Shown here piece by piece: positions 8,821-18,345 of a stretch of DNA of 64,000 bases. Position numbers and translations under genes: made by a program. The notes under the pieces were generated by a model. That model was given only the letters and a program-made list of their open reading frames with translations, was not told where the DNA came from and searched no databases. The stretch is from a virus. Lineage: Duplodnaviria; Caudoviricetes. Where the stretch lies: IMG/VR virus record IMGVR_UViG_3300025066_000007; one strand, 5' to 3'. Every line of letters starts with the position of its first letter. Within the stretch, counting starts at the first letter, position 1.

Positions 8821-10116
8821 TTACTTCTTGCCAGTCAGCCCCTCCATTCCTCTTTGCTCTCTGCGCGTTCCCACTCCACGCTCGACGGCTGATAGACCCC
8901 TCTTTCGCTTTCTTTGACCGGAAATCTTCTGGCGGTAAAGCCTTCGTTTGGCTGGAGACTTTTCTTCGCGCCTTATCTCTGCCATCATTCTCCTCTGCTC
9001 TCTTAGATTTAAGAATTCCGGATCTCTTTGAGAAAGCGGAGAAATAGTGTTTTGATCATTAGGGTTCGCAACGTAGAATAACGCTCCGTCTGATTTTCTC
9101 ATTCGTATGTTATCTACGGCAAAAAATTCAGAAGAATTAAAAGTAGGTTTTGCCGACTTTGCCTCAGCGGGCATGCCCAATATAAGTTCCATTTCAGGAT
9201 TTACTGCCTCATCTTTCTTGTAAAGATCTCCGATCCTTTTCTTCCAAGTTGAAGAAAGGGCTGCATACTCAGGCATAGTCTCTGGAGTTCTTTTCGCTAC
9301 GTTTTTGTAAAGAGAGTCTCTGTGAGACAAGTTAAGGCGACCATCACCTGTTGGAAACTTGACATAAGCACTGAGTAGTGCGTCAGAAGTTGCAGTTGCA
9401 GTTTCTGTCTGCTCTGCTTGAGGGACAGTTTTTGCGGCAGGAGAAAGTTTCTGCAGCTTAGCCAATGCCTCTGTTGGCTTCATATCAGCTGGTACGGCAG
9501 AAGTCGTGTTTTCTTTGGTAAGCTTATTCCATGCCGCAGAAGTTAACGGACCCCACCATCCATCAGTTTTCAGGCTCGCTCCTAGTTCGTTCAACTTCTT
9601 TTGAACTGCAACCCAGGGACCCAGACGCTTCTGCTTGGGAGCTTCTTTTTTCTCAGACTCTTCTTTGGATCCTACTGCCTGCCTTCTCCACAGCTTTACC
9701 TTTTCGTCTAATATTTGAAGATACTCCTTATCCTTAGGTCGCTGAGCTCCACTTGCATCTGAAACGCTTTTCCATTCATTATTTCGCGCCTTCCTCCATA
9801 ACACATCTGATTGGCGAAGATTATTATCATGCCTCCACATGACATAGAGAACAATTTCATCTCCATCTAAGGCCTTCTCTGCTATCCCATATTCTTCGCT
9901 GTTTTTGCCATTTTTACGATTGTCCAAAAACCCTGCCCAGGCAAGCTCTGCGCCAAAGAAAGCTCTAGCCGGAAGTGGCTCCTCTATTGTAGATCTAGGC
10001 TTGTTGGCTCGATGCTCAAAAAAAAGTTCGGCAAAAACTTTTGCCTCATATTCTTTATATCCAGACTTACCCAGTGCCTTTGCCAATTTCAATAGTTCAG
10101 TTTTTGTATTACTCAT
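8821..10116 (-). CDS. Hypothetical protein with a peptidoglycan-binding-like domain
   Basis: VQKKLNELGASLKTDGWWGPLTSAAW resembles PG_binding_1 (DGxxGxxT). The N-terminus carries the shared helical motif. Confidence 0.55.
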   Translation of the reverse strand: MSNTKTELLKLAKALGKSGYKEYEAKVFAELFFEHRANKPRSTIEEPLPARAFFGAELAWAGFLDNRKNGKNSEEYGIAEKALDGDEIVLYVMWRHDNNLRQSDVLWRKARNNEWKSVSDASGAQRPKDKEYLQILDEKVKLWRRQAVGSKEESEKKEAPKQKRLGPWVAVQKKLNELGASLKTDGWWGPLTSAAWNKLTKENTTSAVPADMKPTEALAKLQKLSPAAKTVPQAEQTETATATSDALLSAYVKFPTGDGRLNLSHRDSLYKNVAKRTPETMPEYAALSSTWKKRIGDLYKKDEAVNPEMELILGMPAEAKSAKPTFNSSEFFAVDNIRMRKSDGALFYVANPNDQNTISPLSQRDPEFLNLREQRRMMAEIRREEKSPAKRRLYRQKISGQRKRKRGLSAVERGVGTRREQRGMEGLTGKK

Positions 10117-10133
10117 CTTCTTACCCCATAGAC

Positions 10134-10829
10134 CTAGCGGCCAAAGATTATCTCTCTATAAACTTCTTTTTTTGCGTTAGAAATAGAAGCGTCTTTAAAT
10201 ATTCTATTTTCTAGATCTTTCTTCTGCCTATTGCTTAGGCAATTCTTTATATTAGTTAACAATATATTATTAGAATCATAAAATTCTGAAGAATAAATAA
10301 GCCCAGAGCCTTTCTTCATCCAGATTTTACCATTATCTGCAATATAAAATTCTTTTTTTATTAGATCAAGGTTCTCGCAGCCAAGAGATTGCATTAGAAA
10401 GTCAAAGAAACTCCACTCTTCATCCGGCTCTTCCGGAGTTTTTCTGTCTATATTAACCGGAGGCTTATCCTCATCTATGTCTATCAGCGATTCTCCGCCG
10501 AAGCCGCTACGATTAGATGCCTCAAAGTCTGCCGCGTCATAAGGCTGCTGATCTCCGCCGTATCCCCTTTGCCTGTGGTTTTGTGCCCCAGGGGGTGATC
10601 CGGCTGGAGTATCGAGGAGCCCAAGGGCTTTCTTGCGAAAATAATCGAGCCTGCTTTTCGCTGTATTATTTTTGCCCGGGGGTGGTTCGGAAGGCTTATT
10701 GCTAAAGGTATTTTCGTCAGGGCCGAATTGCACCCTATTTACGTCGGGAGTCTTCCCTCTGATTACAGGACCTCCTTCGTAATAGTCTATTAAGTCTATT
10801 ACAGATAATTCTTCGGCCTCTTCTTCCAC
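10134..10829 (-). CDS. Acidic hypothetical protein
   Basis: 231-aa ORF in an operon with 10831..12168 and 8821..10116. Confidence 0.55.
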   Translation of the reverse strand: MEEEAEELSVIDLIDYYEGGPVIRGKTPDVNRVQFGPDENTFSNKPSEPPPGKNNTAKSRLDYFRKKALGLLDTPAGSPPGAQNHRQRGYGGDQQPYDAADFEASNRSGFGGESLIDIDEDKPPVNIDRKTPEEPDEEWSFFDFLMQSLGCENLDLIKKEFYIADNGKIWMKKGSGLIYSSEFYDSNNILLTNIKNCLSNRQKKDLENRIFKDASISNAKKEVYREIIFGR

Positions 10830-10830
10830 C

Positions 10831-12168
10831 CTACCTTCTAACCTTCGGAAGATTTATGGTAAATTCAGAAGATAAGCTGCTTACAACATCGTCCATGGCA
10901 TTACTCGCTACAGCCTCTGCCTCAGGCTCATCTACACTTTGATCTGTCCACTGAGGACTTCGAGTGTCGGTCTCTTTCTTAATATCCGGAGATTTCAGTA
11001 AAGCTAGCTCAGAAACGTCTGCGCTCTCTATGTCTTCAAGAAACTTAAGAAGCCCACCCCAATTGCCGGCATATTCTCCTGGCCTAGATACGCCTTTTAC
11101 CGAAACAAGAGAGTGTCCCTTGCCCCAATTCATAGCACTGTCCACGGCAGTCCCTACTGGCAGCAGGTACTTTTCTTTTCTAGTTAAAAATGTCCTCAAA
11201 GCAGCGGCCGTATTTCTTCCCCACTTTCCGTCAGCGCTGGCCCCGATAATCTTTTGGATCTCTTCTAGACTATTGCTTGTTCTTTCTGCTTTAGCCATAG
11301 ACTCAGTCTCTTCCGAAGCAGTCGCCCAAGGAAGAGGGGTGCCATTTATTTTGTGAGCGAGAATTGTCTCTAGCACATCGCCAACCTTGTTTCCTCTCCA
11401 GTCAAAGAAAGCACCTCTCTGGCCTCCTTCATATAAGGGTCGATTAAGATCTCCGACCTTAGCCCTAAACTCATCCCAGTCTCTTTCGGCTGGGGCATAA
11501 AGCTCGCTAGCCTTAGCGCCTCTAATCTCAGGGCCAAACTCTTCAAGTATATCAATAATGCTTATCTCTGCATACTCAGAGCCATCAAGGTCATGCCTGG
11601 AAAGATTTGTGGCCTCTTTCCGGATAGCCGCCATTGCCACAATCACGTCAAGCCTGTCTGCCAATCCTGTTTCACCAATTTCATCTAAACGATTTGCTAT
11701 CTTCTGTAGCTCCCCAAGTATAGTCATTTCCTTTTCTCCAAAAGCATCAATTGATGCCAGCGCTTTCATTCCGCCTTGTATTAGTGATTCTGCCTGTCTC
11801 TCTGCCGCCTCTGCTGCGCCCTCGCCGCCAGGGAAGCCCTTCTCTGAGTCAAAATCCTCAATGTGTCCATATTCATGAACCAGTGTTTTTGCTACCATTT
11901 CTACAATTGAATTTATCTCATCTTCACCAGCATTAGGCGGAAACTTAGAAAGAACAAAGTGTATCTTGTCTATCTTTCCATCATTATTTTTATCTTCAGA
12001 AGAAACATACGCTATAGCGTTTGGATTATCCGCAGGAGGACTCTGCTCCCATACTATCTGATTTACGTTGTTTAACATAGCAACAATCTCTGGCCTTAGA
12101 CCTAAGGCTTTAACCTTATTTACGACTGTCGGCCAATAGTGCGGCCCGTGTGCCTTCTTCTCAAACAT
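10831..12168 (-). CDS. Zincin-like N-terminal domain fused to a PG-binding-like region
   Basis: LVHEYGH motif; IQKIIGASADGKWGRNTAAAL; internal copy of the shared helical motif. Confidence 0.55.
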   Translation of the reverse strand: MFEKKAHGPHYWPTVVNKVKALGLRPEIVAMLNNVNQIVWEQSPPADNPNAIAYVSSEDKNNDGKIDKIHFVLSKFPPNAGEDEINSIVEMVAKTLVHEYGHIEDFDSEKGFPGGEGAAEAAERQAESLIQGGMKALASIDAFGEKEMTILGELQKIANRLDEIGETGLADRLDVIVAMAAIRKEATNLSRHDLDGSEYAEISIIDILEEFGPEIRGAKASELYAPAERDWDEFRAKVGDLNRPLYEGGQRGAFFDWRGNKVGDVLETILAHKINGTPLPWATASEETESMAKAERTSNSLEEIQKIIGASADGKWGRNTAAALRTFLTRKEKYLLPVGTAVDSAMNWGKGHSLVSVKGVSRPGEYAGNWGGLLKFLEDIESADVSELALLKSPDIKKETDTRSPQWTDQSVDEPEAEAVASNAMDDVVSSLSSEFTINLPKVRR

Positions 12169-12200
12169 GTGCCCCTCAGATTTTATTGCTAAAAATAATG

Positions 12201-12605
12201 CTAATATGTTCTCGCCTTTTTAGGCTTTATATAGCGAGTAGTTGTTCCAATAATATCAATAGAATCTTGTCTAATAATAGAAAAGAAGAAATGAAATGGC
12301 CTTCCAGCTGCGGATTCCCTTCTGATCTCAACCCACATTCTTTTCTTGGATGCTATATCAGATTGATTTGACAGGAACATATGAACTACGCCATCGCTAT
12401 TCGCCTTAAAGTCTTGAGCGATTACCTCATTTAATTCCGGATTATTTAAATCATACAGAACGTCTCTTCTGTCGCCCCACTCTTTACCAAAATATTTTCT
12501 ATACTTTAGCCTGACAGTGGTCGATACTCTAATCGGTAGCTGACTTTTGCTATCAGTTACACCCGACTCTTCTAGCCCAGCCTTTTTTATAAACCCTTTC
12601 TTCAT
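12201..12605 (-). CDS. Hypothetical protein
   Basis: 134-aa ORF with ATG after a terminator. Confidence 0.5.
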   Translation of the reverse strand: MKKGFIKKAGLEESGVTDSKSQLPIRVSTTVRLKYRKYFGKEWGDRRDVLYDLNNPELNEVIAQDFKANSDGVVHMFLSNQSDIASKKRMWVEIRRESAAGRPFHFFFSIIRQDSIDIIGTTTRYIKPKKARTY

Positions 12606-12643
12606 AAAACTGCCTTATGCCTTATGTGACCATATTACTAGAT

Positions 12644-12679
12644 AAAAAAAGGGCTTCGGCAAATTGCCGAAGCCCTTTT
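12644..12679. terminator. Bidirectional intrinsic terminator
   Basis: AAAAAAA GGGCTTCGGC AAATT GCCGAAGCCC TTTT. Confidence 0.85.
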
Positions 12680-13003
12680 CGATAGGCTCTTTGTTAATTA
12701 AAGAGCAACATAGTAAGCTAGCATCTTGTATACAGAATCCACATCTTCAAATTTCGGATTCCTCACTGGCTTAGGAGGAGCCTTGAGCCCTAGCCTTACC
12801 TCGGCTACTCCTTCGCTCTTATAAAAAGGCTCAACTTTATTTCGAGCAACTGCCATAATTGAGCCATCAAAACTGATTAGTAGCGTATCGCTAATCTCCG
12901 GATTCTCATCCCACGCAAATTTTCCAAAGTAATTCTTATGAACAGGTTCTTCCAACCAAATATATTCCACGTTTTTCCCAATCTTAATATCTAAATATTG
13001 AGC

Positions 13004-13858
13004 CTAAAAAGGCACATCGTTATTCTTCTCCTGCAATCTCTCGCGCTCTTTCATTCTCCGCTCAATGGCATTAAGCACATATTGTGACTGTGTTCCCATA
13101 ATAGACGTCAAAAGATGAATCGGAAGCTCTTTCGCTAGCAAATGAAGAACCTGTTCATATTTAGAATCGCTAATAGAGAGAAGCAGCTCATCGTAGTTTG
13201 GATACAAAGACTTGTTAGCGATAATTGCCCTAACTCCATCGTAAGAAGCACTAGAACTTGATTCGCTTCGTATCTTTCTCGCCTGCTTCTTTGTAAGAGA
13301 ACCTGTCTTTATATATTCCCTGTACCAAATCGACCGCCACGAATGATGTGGCTTTGGTACTTGTGAAAATAATTCTTTTTCCGCCAACTCCTTAATTGCT
13401 TTTGGGTTCTCCACTATACACTTTGCAAGAATGCCGCGTATTCCTCTTGGAATCCAAGTTGCGGACCTTCCTGCTCCGGAAGAATAAACCTTATTAAAAA
13501 GATCAAGCCACACAAATTCCGAGACTTTTTCCGCCGCAATATGCGTATACGATGAAGAGTCATTCGCAATTTCTCTAAGATTAGATTTAATATATTCGCT
13601 AGAAGTATATTTCTCTATAGCATTCTTCAGAAAAGAAGATTTAAAGACCTCTTCTTCTGGAACTAGCTTTATTAGAACCCTGAAGATATCCCCTGTCGCC
13701 TTATCGTCTAGAGAAAGGGAGTTCAGAAATACATCTAAATGCCCGGTTTTAAACGCTGACAGCCTAATCTCCGAGAGATTCAAATGGTTATTAGCATAAT
13801 TAGATCTTCCAAAAAGTCTTTCTGCGCCAATCCCTGCAAGCTCACTGAGAACATCCAT
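13004..13858 (-). CDS. Alpha-helical repeat-like hypothetical protein (paralog family)
   Basis: 284-aa ORF with C-terminal resemblance to 4575..5543 and 22831..23616. Confidence 0.55.
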   Translation of the reverse strand: MDVLSELAGIGAERLFGRSNYANNHLNLSEIRLSAFKTGHLDVFLNSLSLDDKATGDIFRVLIKLVPEEEVFKSSFLKNAIEKYTSSEYIKSNLREIANDSSSYTHIAAEKVSEFVWLDLFNKVYSSGAGRSATWIPRGIRGILAKCIVENPKAIKELAEKELFSQVPKPHHSWRSIWYREYIKTGSLTKKQARKIRSESSSSASYDGVRAIIANKSLYPNYDELLLSISDSKYEQVLHLLAKELPIHLLTSIMGTQSQYVLNAIERRMKERERLQEKNNDVPF

Positions 13859-14138
13859 TTAGAACCTCCTTAACTGCAGCGTCAAATACAAGCCTATTAT
13901 CCTTTAATACCCGAACCTTGCTTTCGTCAGAAAGCCACTCCCAGGATTTGAGAATTTCCGGAAGAGGAAGTGTGAAAAACTCCTCTCGAAGAGTTTTATG
14001 TTCGCTATTATAAGCGTTTTGAATGGAGTTGATAGCAATAGCTACCAACATACTTCTGACATCCTCTGTACTGCGTAATTTTGCGGATTCTACTTCCCTT
14101 GACATATTTTCCCTTTCTTCTTCATAAGTGTCTGCCCA

Positions 14139-14175
14139 GATATAGTATAGGGCAAGAGCATATTACAATTTTTTT
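14139..14175 (-). promoter_or_regulatory. Phage promoter-like motif, copy 3
   Basis: TGTAAT ATGCTCT TGCCCTA TAC TATATC just downstream of groEL and upstream of 13842..14105. Confidence 0.65.
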
Positions 14176-14180
14176 GAAAC

Positions 14181-15779
14181 CTAATCTGCCGGCGAATCAT
14201 AAATCGCTACTTCCGTAGTAAGCAGAATTCCGCCAGATGAAGCAGCGTTTTCAAGGCCGGTCCGAACGACCTTGACCGGATCGATGATTCCAGCCTCTAC
14301 CATATCCTCTTTGAGAGAGCCCTCTAGGGCGTCAAATCCCATTAGAGCTGAACCAGAACTGATAATCTTTTCCATATGCAAATGATATTCCATTCCAGCA
14401 TTTTTTAGAATCTGTATAAAAGGAGCCCTCATTGCATACCCCACAACCTCGCATCCAACGATCTCCTCTGTAGTCAAATTCGACGTTAGCTTAAAGGCCT
14501 CTAGAGCAGGTAGACAGTGAAGCAGTGCCGCGCCGCCACCAGGGACAATTCCCTCTTCAATTGCCGCCTTAACAGCATTAATTGCGTCTTCCACCCTATC
14601 CTTCTTCTCTTTGACTTCCGCCTCAGATACTCCGCCTACTTTAAAGATAGCAATGGAACCAGTTAGAGCAGACAACCTTTGCTTAATCGCAGCAATCTCA
14701 TACCCCTCAAGCCTTGAGTCTTCCGCTCTAACCTTAATGGAATTAACACGCTCCTCTACAGAGGCTTCTGTTCCCGCTCCATCTACAATCGTTGTGTCGT
14801 CCCTAGAGACAACAACTCTTCGAGCAGAGCCTAGATCTGCTATCGTAACAGACTCAAGCGGAGAGCCTGCTTCGTTTGTAAGCAATGTAGCGTTGCAGAC
14901 TGTGGCAATATCTCCGAGAATATCTCTTCGCATATCTCCAAACCCCGGCGCCCTAACCGCACAAGACTCCAAGGTCTTGCGTGCCTTATTTAAGACTAAG
15001 GTCTGCAGAGCCTCTCCCTCTACAGTTTGTGCAATAATAAGAAGCGGCCTTGCCGACTCTGCCGCTGCTTGTGCAACTGACATTATCTCAGATGTAAGAG
15101 CAATTCTTCCATCATACACCAGTATTAGCGGATTAGCAAACTCCACTGTCATTCTGTCTAAATTCGTTGAAAAAATAGGAGAGATATAACCTCGGTCAAA
15201 TGAAAGACCTTCGGAATAAGAAACACTAGTTTCTGCTCCTGCAGACTCCTCTACCGAAATCAAGCCATGATCTCCAACCGCAGAGACAACCTTTCCAATC
15301 AAGCCTCCTAGCTTCTCATCATTATTTGCCGAGATAACCGCAACACTATTTATAATTTCCTCGCTTGAAACTTCCTTGGAAAGCTCTTTGAGCCTTGCGG
15401 ATACAACTTCTACCGCCCTATCTATACCTCGCTTTATTAAGACTGGATTGTGTCCTGCTGCGACCATCTTCGAGCCTTCAGTGTAAATAGCTTGAGCCAA
15501 AACAGTAGCAGTAGTAGTTCCATCTCCTGCAAGGGAGTTTGTAGAAGAGGCAACGCTCTTGATTAACTCCGCTCCCATATTCTGTACTCTATCGCCAAGC
15601 GTAATTGCCCTAGCAACTGTTACTCCGTCTTTGGTAATTAGCGGCGGACCAAACGCCCTCTCTATTGCAGCGTGCCTGCCTCTCGGACCGAGAGTGGCCT
15701 TAACTGCGTTCGCAAGTATATCTAGCCCTTCCTGTAAACCAGCCCTAGCCTTTGTATCAAACTCAACCTCTTTAGACAT
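14181..15779 (-). CDS. groEL: Chaperonin GroEL (no adjacent groES, no GGM tail)
   Basis: TLGPRGR, ITKDGVTVA, GDGTTTATVL, RAPGFGD, EKKDRVEDA, GIVPGGG and GIIDPVKV motifs; AGGAGA SD. Confidence 0.95.
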   Translation of the reverse strand: MSKEVEFDTKARAGLQEGLDILANAVKATLGPRGRHAAIERAFGPPLITKDGVTVARAITLGDRVQNMGAELIKSVASSTNSLAGDGTTTATVLAQAIYTEGSKMVAAGHNPVLIKRGIDRAVEVVSARLKELSKEVSSEEIINSVAVISANNDEKLGGLIGKVVSAVGDHGLISVEESAGAETSVSYSEGLSFDRGYISPIFSTNLDRMTVEFANPLILVYDGRIALTSEIMSVAQAAAESARPLLIIAQTVEGEALQTLVLNKARKTLESCAVRAPGFGDMRRDILGDIATVCNATLLTNEAGSPLESVTIADLGSARRVVVSRDDTTIVDGAGTEASVEERVNSIKVRAEDSRLEGYEIAAIKQRLSALTGSIAIFKVGGVSEAEVKEKKDRVEDAINAVKAAIEEGIVPGGGAALLHCLPALEAFKLTSNLTTEEIVGCEVVGYAMRAPFIQILKNAGMEYHLHMEKIISSGSALMGFDALEGSLKEDMVEAGIIDPVKVVRTGLENAASSGGILLTTEVAIYDSPAD

Positions 15780-15824
15780 GCGTCTTCTCCTTTAACCTCA
15801 TATTACCTATAGGTCGTGCGCTTC

Positions 15825-16172
15825 TCAAGCTCCCTCTGGGGCTTCTGCCTCTTTTTCTATAAGAGACTCCTCTTTCGCCTGAGCTTCTTTCGCGGCCTTC
15901 TCTTTGGCCTTTTGCTCTTCCGCTCTTTCAATTCTCTTAATTCGACCTGTAATTCTCTCTGTAGCAAAAACAAGCTCGTCTTCGTCAAGCTCATCTGCAA
16001 AAAAATAAAAAATAGCCTTTCCACCTTCTGTAAGAGAGGCTTCAAGAGTCTCAAGCTCTTCCTTTATAACATTAATTCTCATCATCTCCCTCAAAAGGGT
16101 CTGCCCGGACTCTAACAGAGTCTTATCATCGATACCGTTAATCATATCCCGAAAGTCATTAAGTTTTGGCAT
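15825..16172 (-). CDS. Hypothetical charged protein
   Basis: 115-aa ORF with SD, upstream of groEL; not GroES-like. Confidence 0.55.
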   Translation of the reverse strand: MPKLNDFRDMINGIDDKTLLESGQTLLREMMRINVIKEELETLEASLTEGGKAIFYFFADELDEDELVFATERITGRIKRIERAEEQKAKEKAAKEAQAKEESLIEKEAEAPEGA

Positions 16173-16233
16173 TTTCTTCCTTTTCTGTACTGCTACTAAT
16201 AATCTTTCCTTCTATACAAAGGAATAAGTTAAT

Positions 16234-17196
16234 ATGCTTAATAGATTAAACTCTTTGGAAGCCTATCTCGATGAAGTAGGTCAAAAAGATTCCTCTAATG
16301 CTGTTGGATCTCTCTTAAAAATCTGCGAAGCAAATAGCCTCTCTCTCTTCGATATAAGCAATCCTCAGCTAAAAGCGTGGGATGACTTGCTCCTCAAAAT
16401 GTATCGTCCTTCGTCGCTTGTCTTTGAAATAAAAGAAGTTGGAAAGGCCTTATCTGTTCCAGCAAGCAAGCTTTCCGCCTCACTTGAGAAGCTGAACGTC
16501 CCAAAGGACGTAGCAAAAAAAGAAGAGCTAATACAAACGCTGGCCTCAATTAAGCTAGAAAAAAAATTTGACGAAATTGTCAAATCGGCTGACTGGAAAT
16601 CTATGCTCTTAAAGGGAGACAGCACAAAGATTAAACCAAAGTTTTTCGGAAGAGCAGTTCCAGTCGCCGGCGCCCTCATTACTATTGGCGCAGCCACAAA
16701 AAATATAACAGAAGCAATTGGCAATGCCAAAGTTATTATGAACGAACTTCCTTTGGAGAAATACAATCTATCTCTCACTAAGATATTTTCCCCTGCAGCA
16801 GTTGCAATTGGAAGCATTCTATCTGATCAGATCGAACAAAATAAAGATAATCCAGAGAATCTCTCGGAACTTCTAGACGTTTGCAGAGTTATATCCGCCT
16901 TTTATATGGATTTTATATTTGCTCTATCAAATAGTGTTATGATGGTAATTGACATTCTAACCGCGCTCTCTGCTCTTCTCGATGGCCCACTTCCAATTGC
17001 AGATGTACTTGCTGGTTTGGTTGGGTTCGTATTGAGCATGGGAATCATCGGAGCAGAACTCGGAAGCGAATACCTATCCGAAAAATACTGGAAGAATCAT
17101 TTTGCCAAGATTAAATCTATAGCGATTGAAAATATCCAGAGGATAGAGAAGTCTTTCTCTACTGCTGAGGATGCTCAGTTGGAGCCTGCTTCCTAG
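16234..17196 (+). CDS. Hypothetical membrane-associated protein (plus-strand island)
   Basis: 320 aa with hydrophobic C-terminal helices, AAAGGA SD and the shared N-terminal helical motif. Confidence 0.65.
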   Translation: MLNRLNSLEAYLDEVGQKDSSNAVGSLLKICEANSLSLFDISNPQLKAWDDLLLKMYRPSSLVFEIKEVGKALSVPASKLSASLEKLNVPKDVAKKEELIQTLASIKLEKKFDEIVKSADWKSMLLKGDSTKIKPKFFGRAVPVAGALITIGAATKNITEAIGNAKVIMNELPLEKYNLSLTKIFSPAAVAIGSILSDQIEQNKDNPENLSELLDVCRVISAFYMDFIFALSNSVMMVIDILTALSALLDGPLPIADVLAGLVGFVLSMGIIGAELGSEYLSEKYWKNHFAKIKSIAIENIQRIEKSFSTAEDAQLEPAS

Positions 17197-17336
17197 CAAG
17201 AGAGCCTTTCCGGTTCCACCAACTAAGCCACTCTCGCTCCCACTCTTCGCGATTAACGCGAATTTTGCGCGTTCCTCTTTTCACAAAATAAACAGTAACA
17301 GGCCCAACTTCTTCTTCATTTGTCATATACTATCTC

Positions 17337-17885
17337 CTATTTGTTCTGAAAAAACTGTCTGCAGTATTCACTCATAACCGCAGTTCCAGCGTGACTAACA
17401 TTTAGACAATAACCGAGACCATTCATTGGAATAAAAATAGAATCATTCTTTAGCGAAATCTCAGCCGGAACACCCGTCTCTTCATTTCCTAAGACAAGCA
17501 CGATTTTCTCTTCAAAGTTGAACTTGTAATCGAAAACACTTTCTGCATCTTCAGTCAGTTCAACCGCAACTCTTTTATATGAGTTATTGTCGCAGAACTC
17601 ATTAAAGTACATCGGATTAGAAAATGTCTTAAATCGCATATAATCATATAGCGAACCGGACCTCGGATTTAGAAAGCTTCTATCCGGCAATGAGCCCATT
17701 ACGAATATGTCTCTAACCCCAAAACATGCCGCACTTCTTATTAGAAACGCTAAATTTTCATCAAAAGAAAAACTGACCGTAGCTATTGCCAGCGGAACCT
17801 CTATAGCATCCTTTATCTTCTCGCTATATCGCTCACGCCTTGTTTTGCTTCTTTTTGTGTCTAGAAACATCGGACTTCCAATCAT
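17337..17885 (-). CDS. SpoU/TrmH family RNA 2'-O-methyltransferase
   Basis: DENLAFLIRSAACFG, VLVLGNEETGV and IPMNGLGYCLNVSHA SPOUT motifs. Confidence 0.88.
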   Translation of the reverse strand: MIGSPMFLDTKRSKTRRERYSEKIKDAIEVPLAIATVSFSFDENLAFLIRSAACFGVRDIFVMGSLPDRSFLNPRSGSLYDYMRFKTFSNPMYFNEFCDNNSYKRVAVELTEDAESVFDYKFNFEEKIVLVLGNEETGVPAEISLKNDSIFIPMNGLGYCLNVSHAGTAVMSEYCRQFFQNK

Positions 17886-18344
17886 CTAATCGTTTGTAGA
17901 AATCACCTTATAAACTCTGCCAAACTTTGAGAACTTTTCTCCGAACGAAAGAAGTCTGGCCAGCTTTAAAGCGAAATCTCCCTCCTCATCCTTGTAAGAA
18001 GGATTCAGCGCTTTCATCGCAGACTCCAACTCCTCTTTTGAGGAGCTCCACTTTGCCACAAACTCTTCCGGACTCATATTTGCTGCGGCGAAAAAATAAC
18101 TTCGATAATCACTCAGATTTGCCGCAGTTACCCCCTCCTCTTTCGACCACGCTCTTTCTTCTTCCGTTGTCTTTTTAGACTTAGACGCCGTAGAGAGAAC
18201 TACATCTTGCGAAAGATCTAACACATCAGTGTCTGACCACCCGAAATATATATTGGTTATATTATTCTCGGCAGGAACTCGCTCTTCTTTGTAGGCATAA
18301 AGTTTGCTAACTTTGTATTTAGACTTGAAATCTGCAAGCCCCAT
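17886..18344 (-). CDS. Hypothetical protein
   Basis: ORF from the track; likely start at MGLADF after a GGAGGAG SD. Confidence 0.5.
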   Translation of the reverse strand: MGLADFKSKYKVSKLYAYKEERVPAENNITNIYFGWSDTDVLDLSQDVVLSTASKSKKTTEEERAWSKEEGVTAANLSDYRSYFFAAANMSPEEFVAKWSSSKEELESAMKALNPSYKDEEGDFALKLARLLSFGEKFSKFGRVYKVISTND

Positions 18345-18345
18345 T

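Noticed and set aside
14611-15189. Long plus-strand ORFs antisense to groEL, and similar ones opposite GS, DUF2201, 10831..12168 and 20232..20936
   Set aside because: They fully overlap well-supported minus-strand genes, show Ser/Thr-rich antisense composition and have no motifs.
15825-16172. groES upstream of groEL
   Set aside because: The protein is helical and charged with no GroES motifs (PLxDRV, mobile loop); no co-chaperonin is visible in the window.
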